Source: Ylistrum balloti
Taxonomy: Eukaryota
DNA length: 64,000 nucleotides
Assembly: GCF_031769215.1 (NCBI RefSeq)
Contig: NW_026781904.1
Location: 248,001 to 312,000, forward strand
Reading direction: 5' to 3'
Below, in pieces: positions 13,431-24,747 of this stretch. Below the pieces are notes generated by a model. The model did no database searches. It was not told where the DNA came from and saw only the letters and a program-made list of their open reading frames with translations. Made by a program: the position numbers and the translations under genes. Numbering within the stretch: the first letter of the stretch is position 1; each line of letters starts with the position of its first letter.

Positions 13431-13785
13431 GCTAGATGAGAAATTCTTACACAACCAGTAGGAGGTTAGAGTGTGATATTTCGATGACTACATGGTCACC
13501 ATTATCAGACACACGGCCATTGTGGAGCGTGCTAGCACTGCTGAGTAGTGTACTAGAGGGTAAGGAATCGACAAACATATTCAGCTGTACTTTAATCCTA
13601 GGTACACTAAGGTCAAAAAAAGTGTGACGAGATGGTAAGGAATCGACCAACTGTTTCGGCTGTGCTATAATCCTATGTACACTAAAGGCGAAAATAGTGT
13701 GACGAGATGGTAAACAGACTATAGACGAAAACATACATTAGATGGTAATGTGGCACTGTAGTTAATTTGTCTTTGTTTAGAAATA
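13431..13785 (-). mobile_element. Hammerhead-bearing repeat, copy 2: left arm plus loop with a duplicated 75-bp unit
   Basis: The reverse complement of 13471-13514 reads gtgtgt CTGATAA t ggtgac catgta gtcatc GAA ATAT C acac. 13559-13785 matches 46362-46500 directly. The 75-bp unit starts at 13559 and 13634, with a third unit start at 13709. Confidence 0.6.
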
Positions 13786-16700
13786 AAGACAAATCTATTG
13801 AAAAAAACACCAGTTTGAGAAGGGTCACAGAATGATGTATAATTCTGTCGCGTCATATTGATTAAACACGCAAAAAAAATGTTCTATTGAAATAGTAAGA
13901 AATTGAGTACGGTTTTAAATGTCATTGCTGAAGATTGGAAATAAAGTAATCTTACCCCGACAATTTTCTGTCTCGCCCGGAAAGAAGTGAAGCATTCTAT
14001 TTCACTTTTACAATATAACGTCAGGTCGTATACTCTATTCCGCTAATGGATCGGTTCCTGCCAGACGTGCTGTAATAGCAAGCCGTGTCCATTGTGACTA
14101 TAACTTTGTAAAACGATGGACCTTGGATGTGATAAATAAGCCAGGATCCTAGCTGAACTACAAATGCATTGAAGACGACCTCAGACGTAACAAACTCGAG
14201 TTAATAGCCTTCGTAAACCTAAGTTCGCTGATACCGATTCTGCTACAAGAAAACGAAACGAGGGTCCGAGTAAGCGCATTTATCTAAAGCCGATATGATC
14301 TTTCTATATAGACGTGCTTGTTCATCCAGTGTTTTTACATCTAGGCTATTAAACATTCATCGTCCCCATTTCTCCGATAATACTATTCCCTATAATGATT
14401 AAGAGACGTTTTGCCTCAGTGAAGCACGCGTTATTGCCGTGTAAATAATTCAGTTATTCGATTGGCTGGGGACTCGAGTTTGGACACGCGCCATGTGGTA
14501 TGATAAGGGGAGATAATTAGGAAACTCCATCGGGAAGTATGTAGTCATGCACCAATAGCGTCAGAACCGATATTACAGAGTGTAAACATTGAATTTCGAA
14601 AATAAACCTATACTCGATATTTACATTTGAATTAACTCATGTGTTTATAAAAACACATCGAAAAAATGTGTCTGAGGCATAAATCCTCGTCTTTTATTTT
14701 CAACCTATGTACAATATATGTAGTTTTGGATTCGAATTTTACACAAGGTATATTGTGATAAAGCATATGAAATGTAATTTAAAAAAACCTGAACATGACA
14801 TTTGGATGTTTTAACAACACATGTGTTGTATCATTCTCTCCAATAAAGTTGTTTACGTCAAAAGACAAATTACACAATTTTTAAAATAAAATTTTATCAT
14901 GAATTTGTTAAGTGTCTGTACCAAATCAATTTTAATGTACATGTATTTGAGTGATATATAACAGGGGGGAAAAGTTGATTTAGAAATTTTTTAAAACTTT
15001 TATAAATCTATCTTGTGTATAGGAATGCATGAATTTTATAGCGAGAATATTATTTAGCAATGGAATTAAGACGAATTCTTTGTTTAAAACATGAAGTTTT
15101 GGGAGTGAAATAGTTGGAGAGTAAGAATAGTGTAGAAGGAGAAGAAAACGGATTATCTATATATTCATGTCCTTGAAATTATTAACATTGCTGATAATTC
15201 TTTTTGGCTTCCGCACATTTAATGCTTTTAGATAGTGTTTCCGCTTGGGAAGGCATGCGTGTACAGGTCCCAGCAGTTATACAGAGACTTGTGTCAATAC
15301 ACAAGTAGATACAGGTGAGACAGATAGACTTAGTCAGTGACAAAAAGGATTAAAACATCAACACCATTCTTTCTACAACTACTACGGGAATTTTACCAGG
15401 TACAGGTTTAAATTTGCACACGATTCGATTTGTAAATATAATTATCTGGAAAAAAGGTAGGTGGAAATTTCTAAAACTGCTCATATTTGTATTGAGTTGG
15501 GGATTTTTTTTTCAGATAATATCAATATATTTTATATGTAATACTGACTCATGCCTACGTGACTTGTCAGGTAGCCAAAAATGCAGCTTGCATAACGTTT
15601 TGTTCACGTTTAAAAGTGTCACCAAAGTTGTAAAGGTGAAACCATGGGTTTAAGGACGGGTGGGTATGAGTCAGGTTTCTGTAGCAGCTGTAAATATTGC
15701 TACTGTTTAATTCGATACTATTTCGTCTGGCCATGCCTAGAAATACAATGAATTGGATTTCATAAGGTCTACTTTATCTCTCAAATCAATAAGGCTTATA
15801 TGTGTTTCTGGCTTGTTATCACGAAAGCTTTTTCAATTCGATAGACAAACGATATTCATCCACCATATTTTTATTTCAATTTCCTCAAGTGATTTGTACA
15901 GCGCACTGTTGCAGAGAAATTTTTACCATTTCCTGTTTTGTTTTCATTTCAGTCATAAAATTTTATTATCTCCATAAACTACTATGAAACTTTAATTGTG
16001 GTATGAAACAATGATTAGAACTATCCTTGCCAATTGTGAGAATTAATTGTGCTTTCGTTGATATAAGAATACTGAATTAAGAATATTGTGGTGTAGTATG
16101 TATATATATTGGAGAAAATGCTGAATATCGACCAGCAAGTGTTTTACAATATTAATGCGTGGTTATTCCATAATCAGAAAATATTATGTTTTTTCAAGAA
16201 AATATGTACAGTACAGTTTATTAAAGCCGAGGCAGATGCACAGAATATTCTTGTTTAGGTAGGTGAATTTACGACAAAAATGTGTCCTAACATGTCATTT
16301 CTGTGAGTGCTCTCACACCAGTGGTTCAGTAGCACACAAAGTCGATACATGTAAATACGTGTACATAATGCTTATTCTCGTGTCGTGCGTGAATGTCACT
16401 GCAAAAAGCGCCCTCTGGATTTGTCGATAATTGATTTATGTCTCAGTATGATATGTGCATTAAGTATGCATAAATGTTTTACTGACATACATGATACCAT
16501 TGATGTTTTGTGTGTAATTATGTAAACGTGGCCGTGACCCAAATGTATAACAGCTTAAATCAATTTACATGATTAAGGATATCAATTTGTAATAATCTTT
16601 TTTAACAGGGGAAATGCTTACGTATTGACATTCTGCTGAAGGGCGACATTGTACGGTAGCGTCAATCTGTAAGCTTGAATTTGACTTACAAACTGTAGAA

Positions 16701-17650
16701 TTAAACATGAAAATGTATTGGGAAGTATTCCTGAGAGGGACCGGCGTCTTGTAGAAATTTGCTCTTAACGACATGTACTTTACACAACTGGATTTTTTTT
16801 ATTATTATTAAGAGAACATTTTGGATGAAAATGATAATTTTAAAAGCGTATTTTTGCTTTTGCAAAGCTTGAAACTTTTTTATGTTTATTTCAGAAATCA
16901 CAATGAATATTTAGTCAGTTACAACTTTTTATTTCTGAGAATTAAGAAAAATGAAGAATGCTGACTCATCTTTGAAACCATAAATTGACTACAATGAAAA
17001 AATATTCACATGGCAATTATCATTAAATATGAAAGCTTGCTTTGACAGATACAATGCTAACCCAATATGAACAGTAGAAATTCACCTTAACGGCCATATT
17101 AACAGAGAAAATGATGAGATATGTATTCTCGGCGAATTGTCCCCGGGCTTCTATGCATACTAATGGAATTGATTGCAAACAATGGCAAACAGCTCACACT
17201 GCAATCAATAACATTGTATTAATAATGAAAAACACATTTTTTGGTTCCATATCATTTTGACCTTGACATCCGAAATGAAAGAATACTGTACATTTTTTGT
17301 TTTGTTTTGGTTTTTTTTATTTTTTTTTTTTTTTTTTTTTTTTTTTATTTTATTTATTTATTTTTATTGTTTTTTTATATTCTTTTGTATTGTTTGAATG
17401 CTTCATACATTCGAGACTCATGACAAAAATTGAAGCAAACATGATATATATTTCATGCGAGTAGTGAAACAGACTGGGACTATTTCTTATATTTTCGTTT
17501 TGGCTGTATTTATTCGAAACTATCCGAAAATGTAAAACGCCGACACTGACTCCTTTATCGATGTTTGAACTCGCTTTATTGATTTGGTACATGAACATTT
17601 AAGCATTGAAATTTTTGTCATCGTCATCCCTGATCATCTCTGAAATGGCT

Positions 17651-17700
17651 CTGATGAAATTGGCATTCATATAGCCATGAATGCCAGTTGAAATCTATTC
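17651..17700 (+). ncRNA. Hammerhead-like catalytic core with a 13-bp stem II (stems I and III unclear)
   Basis: CTGATGA (17651-17657), then aattggcattcat-atagcc-atgaatgccagtt (13 bp with one G:U), then GAAA (17690-17693), all contiguous. Confidence 0.45.
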
Positions 17701-18788
17701 AAAGCTTATATTAATTTTTTTCAATTTTCATTTGGTTGTTAAGAGGGGGCGATCATTTCTTGTAATACTCCTCCTCAGATGGCAGTTCATGATCTGGTAA
17801 TACACAAATGACTTTAGAATGGTTACACTGCAGCAATGTCCTCACATTGTATGTATCACACGCTGGTATTCAGTATTGTTCAGTTTATAATTTCACCGTT
17901 CTTTGACAAAATGTGGTGTGTTTCAACTACTACACGGAGATACGCCTCATAATTATCTTGATGATTGACAGGGCGATACACTCAGCAAATAGTACAAAAA
18001 ATTGCTGTGGTTTGGGAAACTATAAAAATTCAATTTATCCAGCATTGTTCATCACGCGCATGCGCGTTCTTCTATACAGTTGTTTGATGCAATTAAAAAG
18101 CAATATGAAAATTTCAAAGAGAAAAAAGTCTTAGTACCTTCTAACGATGATAAGTTTTAAAAGTGTTGTAGTCAAATATGTTCCTCTAGATATTAGATAT
18201 TGTACACGCATGGGCAGTTGATTGATTCTAACAGTCCTTGAAAACAATATGTTTACACGAATGTATACTACTAAACCCGACAATGACAGATGTCAGTTTC
18301 CGATTTTATCGCGTTAAAGCGAGGTAAGTTGTACATTGTGACCCAAATGATGATATCAATAATATAGACATATTTTTTTGTTATACTGGTGCTACGGGCC
18401 GTGTATTGACTCATTTAACTCTCTTTCGCACTCATGGTTTTTTAAATGTTAATATTTATAAAAGATGACACGCGCACATTGATCTACGTCGACATCTGGT
18501 CTACAGGATTTGATTTCCCTGCGGAGGGATTTATCACGCACGTGAAGCAGTGACCTGGAAGGACTACTTTACGCCGGTCTTGCCTTTACCTATATCGGTT
18601 ATTTGTCATTCAAAAAATGATTTTGCTTCATAAATAATAAGTAAAAAGGACACGCTTTAATGAATACATTCTTAAAAAAAGTAGATTTCATATTCCGTGG
18701 AATGGCTGTAGTTTCATATCATGGTGACATACATTGAGGATACTCAACATATAAAAAGTATGTCATGACATCGATAACCTATATATTT

Positions 18789-19615
18789 ATTTAAATATCG
18801 ATATTGACCTACACTTATTTAGATATCGTTGATGACCTACACTTATTTAGATATCCTTAATGACCTACACTTATTTAGATATCGTTAATGACCTACACTT
18901 AATTTAGATATCGTTAATGACCTACACTTATTTAGATATCGTTAATGACCTACACTTATTTAGATATCCTTAATGACCTACACTTATTTAGATATCGTTA
19001 ATGACCTACACTTATTTAGATATAGTTGATGACCTACACTTATTTAGAAATCGTTGATGACCTACACTTATTTAGCTCTCGTTAATGACCTACACTTATT
19101 TAGATATCCTTAATGACCTACACTTATTTAGATATCGTTGATGATCTACACTTATTTAGATATCGTATTTAGATATCGTTAATGACCTACACTTATTTAG
19201 ATATCGTTAATGACCTACACTTATTTAGATATCGTTAATGACCTACACTTATTTAGAAATCGTTGATGATCTACACTTATTTAGATATCGTTGATGACCT
19301 ACACTTATTTAGATATCGTTAATGACCTACACTTATTTAGATATCGTTGATGACCTACACTTATTTAGATATCGTTAATGACCTACACTTATTTAGATAT
19401 CGTTGATGACCTACACTTATTTAGATATCGTTAATGACCTACACTTATTTAGATACCGTTGATGACCTACACTTATTTAGAAATCGTTGATGACCTACAC
19501 TTATTTAGGTATCGTTGATGACCTACACTTATTTAGATATCCTTAATGACCTACACTTATTTAGAAATCGTTAATGACCTACACTTATTTAGATATCCTT
19601 AATGACCTACACTTA
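18789..19615. repeat. 28-bp tandem repeat, about 29-30 copies
   Basis: Unit atttagatatcgttaatgacctacactt with few variants (gttgat, cctt, aaat) and one partial unit near 19165. Confidence 0.97.
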
Positions 19616-19990
19616 GTGGGTAATCTGAACCGAAGAGTCAGGATGACTTATAGCTATCGTCCGTTGTCGTCCGCCGTCCGGCGTCCCCCGTCTTTCGGTC
19701 GTTCGGTCAAATAACTTCTTCTCAAAAACCGAAACGCCCAGAATGCATACTATTTGGCCTATGATGATGCTGAGATTGAGGGTTTCCAAGTTTGTTGACG
19801 TACTTTCAAGCTTACAGGAGTCAAATGTGTTGAAATGTTCAAATGACTTCTCAATGATCAAAACGCTCAGGGTGCTGATATTGGGCCTGTAGTATGATGA
19901 GATAAAGGGTTAAAAAAATGAATGACCTTGACCTACTTGCAAGGTCACAGGCGGCAAATATGTGGCGGGTTTCATGTAGCTTCTCATTCA
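19613..19990. mobile_element. Helentron-associated non-autonomous element (HINE / pearl-like)
   Basis: Terminal hairpin ctgaaccgaagagtcag, (cgtc)n-type microsatellite cgtccgttgtcgtccgccgtccggcgtcc, acttcttctc motif, and internal tgaccttgacctacttgcaaggtcac hairpin. Confidence 0.65.
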
Positions 19991-22900
19991 AGTAGTCGCG
20001 AGCTAGATGTATAGGAAGGAATACATGTCTCGGAATTACCTGAAAGTTAATGGCTCGAAAAACCTACGTAACAAACACTCGAATAAACAATGGTATGGTT
20101 AGATCAAGCTGTACATTTGTTGGCTTAAGACTAGCATATCAACTTGTTAAACTGGTTACGACTGAGGGGCGTGGCGGTAAGGACATGAAATTGACATTCG
20201 ACTCTATAGTAAACCTTCTAAACAGTCTAACTATTCGCTTCCCTAGAAGTCCCGTCAATCTGATCAGAATGTTTAAGTTTAAATCTCATTGAAAGACAGT
20301 AATTACATGCGTTCGTTTGGCCTTCAGGTTTCTAAGAATTCAGTTATTCCACTAACAGCCAGCCAAAGACGGGTCATGACCAATCTGATTTGTTATTGAG
20401 TTTACTTGTCGCGTTTTACCCCTAAAAGACTGCTGCTATCATGCTGATATGAATCCTTATTAGAAACACATAAGGGCGATCGATGGTGCTCCAACCCGCT
20501 ACAAGATCTGTATTTTTGTGCTGGTACCTCATCACACAGCCTGTATGCTGAAACACTTAAATCCTCCGAAATCTCTTTTCTCATTAATTGATTAAGTTTC
20601 CATCGACTAAAACAAATACACAAATCGCATTCAAGCGTTGATTTTAAACTTAGACTTATGTCTTTCCGAAAATGAAAATCTGTCTGTAGACACAAAATGA
20701 TATTTTGAAATTCCCATAATTGCATTAAATCTACCGATATACTTTAAATTACTAATTAGTTTGCTAATTTCTAAAACAACCATACAGTATGTATATAATT
20801 ATAGATGCATGCTCTCTTGGTCCAATTATTGTCATTATCAAAATGGCGAAGAAAATTTTGTCATAGCTGATGTCAAATCATATTGCAGATTATTGAGAAC
20901 AATAAGACGTGCTTGAATCTAAAAAGGAAAAACACCACTTAAATCTATGTTGATATTTTTCCAAATCCATTGTTCGGATACATTTTACACTGCAGCAGGG
21001 GAATCACAGAGTTAATATGAAATATCTTAAAGAATAAAAAGTTTGTCAAATAAACAAAGTGGGTTCTTTAAAATAGAACCTTAAATATTTGCTTTCCATG
21101 ATTTTTGCATGAAAGATTCAAATTAATTTACGTATTTTAGATAAAGATATCTTTGAGTTCGTTGGATACAGTTCTCATATGCTTTTATAATGATTTCTTG
21201 TTAACAAACACATTTTTGTCTAATGTACTTGGTGTACGTATAGAATGGCTGATATATTGTGTATATAGTAAGGTGTTTAGATACATATTACTCAATATCT
21301 CATCAACATTTCTTTTTCTTTTCTATTTTTTTAATATATATATATATTAATATATATATATATATATATACATATATCAAACAAGTTATGTCAACTGATA
21401 CAAATCACTCTCACTCAGAATAGAAATTCTCAGGAGACCTTGTGTTCAGAGTACACGATCTAGGGGTCGACATTCCAGACAATATATATAATTATTCATG
21501 ACTCCAAGTTGCCAACTATTGATAGATGATTTCCCTGTGTTATTTGAGGCTTTCGAGCTCTAGACAGATGATACAGCAATATGATGCATTTTAATTTTTT
21601 TCACTCCTCTGTATCAAATTCTAAATTTGTAATAATTTGTCGTGTACACAACTTTCTACGTGTCGGGCTAGTTATGTGTACTTGTGTGTCGATCTTCCGC
21701 TCAGTTTATTAATTAAACCATTCACAGATACCATTATCTGAGTGTTCATGTGAATAATTTGGTGGTTAGCAATGATAACATTCCACTGATATCTGCAATC
21801 CTTATGTCTCAACCAAACACATTTACCAACTGCAGTCTTGAAATTCTGGAGGCTGTACTCTTCTACGAGCGAGTCTCAATTCCTGAAATTTCGATGTGTT
21901 ACCGCCAAAAGTCTTCTTGGATAAGAAAAATTTGCATGGGCATGGGACTGTAAAAGAAATTGCTGCGTTCCATTTTTCCAGTAATATGAATTATTGGAAA
22001 TGCGTGAACAGGTTTTGCCTCATAGATTCCGCCTTGTCATGGGTTTTGAATTAGCTGATGTTTTCAAGTCAAGTTTAAATGGATGTTTTCGTACGTCACA
22101 TAAAGATAATTTAATAAATGTTATTGAACGGATTTGCTCAGCTGGAAGACGAGTTATTTAAAGGATGTGTTTCCGTAACAAAGCAGACATGTCTTGTCTA
22201 AAAAAATTGTTTTTAAACTACAAAACTACGATAAGATAGTGGTTAAAATCCTGAGCTGGGAAATTGGATGGATCTTGAAATTGTCATTAACGACAACATA
22301 TCTCCAGTCATTACCGAAAACCTATCGACAATCAATATCAATTATTTGTACTTTCTGTTTTCTTCCAGTCCCTCATGCACTTCAAAGAACTGTAGTGAAG
22401 TGCTTCGGTAAGCCTGGCCGTTAAACAAGCGTCCTCTTCACTTGGATCGATATAAACAAGGTCCACGCGTACTTTACAAGCGTTTCTAAGATTATAGTAC
22501 TTGCACGCTCCATTGGTGTGTAAACTTAAACAAAAATATATTACAAGTTTTAAAAGTTATCTCCAGGTTTATAATATATTTGCAATATAGGAACATCTTT
22601 TCATTTTGGATCAAATTTCATACTTCCTAAATATCATTCAATAATTTATGCGTTATATGCGGTGATCAGTTCATTTTTCCTGTATTCCATACAATACAAT
22701 CTTCTGTAATGCAATAGATTTCCAAAATAATGGAAACACGTGGTGCGTGTAGTGTTTTACTATATCAGGGAGATATGTCAGGATTTTCTATCACGTTTCA
22801 GTTCCGTTGTTAAATATAATTAATGTTTATCGAGTCTATTTTTAAAAAAAGTTGATTTGATTTTGTTTAACGTCCTGATAGTATATATGGTTATTTAAAG

Positions 22901-23290
22901 ATGAACTCTGATTGTATTTGTGAGGTTAGTACATGTGTTGAGCGCTTGTGTTTTCTTCAGGCTATTTATTAGGGCAAGTCTCCATGAGATAATACGGAAC
23001 TGAGGTCGACTTTATAGTGTTACCTCACTGAAATACACTGCCAAAGTTTCGTTTTGAAAACTCTCGGCACAGGGGACATAATTCAAAATTTTCCTCACAG
23101 AGGCAAACGTCCATATAAAGAGTTATAGTTTTATATAGTTTCAATGGAGACATCCGGTATGCTTCTTACACCCTACCCTCAGTGCTACAATCATAAATGG
23201 ACATGAAAAATTAAATACAACCCTTAAATACAACGTTAAACCAGATTTACCAAACAAAAACACATATTATCACTTTAAACTCAAAGAATT

Positions 23291-23558
23291 ATTCGCTTTA
23301 GCAACTCCTACTTGTCTGAGTGATGTAAATAGATATTCGCTTTAAAAACTCCACACTTGTCTGAGTGATGTAAAGAGATATTCGCTTAGCGACTCCACAC
23401 TTATCTGTGTGATGTAAAGGGATATTCGCTTTAACAACTCCACAATTGTCTGAGTGATGTAAAGAGATATTCGCTTTAACAACTCCACACTTGTCTGAGT
23501 GATGTAAAGGGATATTCGCTTTAACAACTCCACACTTGTCTAAGTGATGTAAAGAGTT
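23291..23558. repeat. 45-bp tandem repeat, 6 copies
   Basis: Unit attcgctttaacaactccacacttgtctgagtgatgtaaagagat starting at 23291, 23335, 23380, 23424, 23469 and 23514. Confidence 0.95.
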
Positions 23559-24018
23559 ATTGTAAGTTACGTTTCCTGACACTAGTTAAACTCTCTAATT
23601 GCCCTTGTAACCGTTAATTCACGGTACAGATGAATCCAGATTATGACTACACAAGGCGTACATTATATAATTTCTAGTGAATACGGACGTCCTATAGAGA
23701 CATTAGTTTACCCCAGGGGGTGAGAGGGGGGAATCCCCACCAGGTGAAAAGACATTGCTCAAACTTCTCCAATATTGAGATCCGCTATGTCTCCAACAAC
23801 GGATTTTTCATTTTCCTTTTATCCTTGCTTACCTTCCTAGGAATGTAACTTATTATAATTGCTAGCATTGTTCATGTGGATTTAGTGACTTGCTGATTTT
23901 ATTTAATTGACGTCATACGATTCTATATATCCGGATAAGTGTAAAAAAAATTTCTAAAAATTATAATTTTCTTATTCGCAGATGACGTTTGGCGTTGGAG
24001 GCTCCATCAGACTACAAA

Positions 24019-24747
24019 ATGGATCCTTTAACTTTGGGAACAACAACGTTGTACTGGATGACTCTGATCTGCTCCAACATGATTGTCCAATCAGCTGCTT
24101 CGTCTGATCTGAATTTAGCAGCCGCCATCCCTTATGAAATCGTCACACCCTCGCCTAGTGACCCACTCAATGTCGTACCATATATGGTAACGACTTCGTC
24201 TCCAAATGAAAACGAGATTCTCGAAGTCACGTGGGAGAACAGTACCACATCATCCATCGCAATAAGTTGGCAATTTTCCAAAAGCTATAGGTCGAACGGC
24301 ACATTTCTGGGAACGCGTGTGGAATATTTCCTTAAACATGGTAAATTCAGATCGCACATATTACTTCCCTCAGTACACTCGTTTGTGTTTGAAAGCCTGA
24401 AGGTTGCCACTACATACAGATTTTGTGTTACAGCCTTCGAGAGTGTACACAATGGATTGTCAAGTGATACGCTTGAGCATGCGCGATGCTTTCGGTTACA
24501 AACTATTCCCTACATCCGGCGGGACACCGTACTTATTCTACTCCTGACGTTAAGTTATTTCCTGTTCATGGGTTGTATGGGATACTCTCAGTGGCGAAGA
24601 CGAGTTGCCCTCATTCGGAAAAGAGTGCGACGTGCTTGTGAAAACTCTTCGGAGCCCACAACACCAGTATTGCGATGGAGAGAGGTGGAAGAAAGGCAGC
24701 GACTATGTTTTCCGAGCTCCATAGAAGAGACACCACGTGATCTTTGA
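24019..24747 (+). CDS. Type I membrane protein, 242 aa: signal peptide, S/T/P-rich stalk, one fibronectin type III domain, TM helix, short basic cytoplasmic tail
   Basis: Uninterrupted ORF. ATG in aaaATGG context 37 nt after a splice acceptor (ttttcttattcgcag, ending 23981). FN3 hallmarks SIAISW, LKVATTYRFCVTA and C..L.T; TM TVLILLLTLSYFLFMGCMGYSQW followed by RRR; N-glycosylation sequons NST and NGT. Confidence 0.85.
   Translation: MDPLTLGTTTLYWMTLICSNMIVQSAASSDLNLAAAIPYEIVTPSPSDPLNVVPYMVTTSSPNENEILEVTWENSTTSSIAISWQFSKSYRSNGTFLGTRVEYFLKHGKFRSHILLPSVHSFVFESLKVATTYRFCVTAFESVHNGLSSDTLEHARCFRLQTIPYIRRDTVLILLLTLSYFLFMGCMGYSQWRRRVALIRKRVRRACENSSEPTTPVLRWREVEERQRLCFPSSIEETPRDL

Noticed and set aside
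13431-13785. Invertible (flip-flop / shufflon-like) segment relative to the 46-kb copy
   Set aside because: The apparent inversion disappears once the second, inverted arm at 46286-46360 is recognised; the 13-kb copy is simply left arm plus loop.
18789-19615. CRISPR array (also considered for the 30-, 32- and 45-bp arrays)
   Set aside because: Units are head-to-tail with no unique spacers, there are no cas genes, and the context is eukaryotic.
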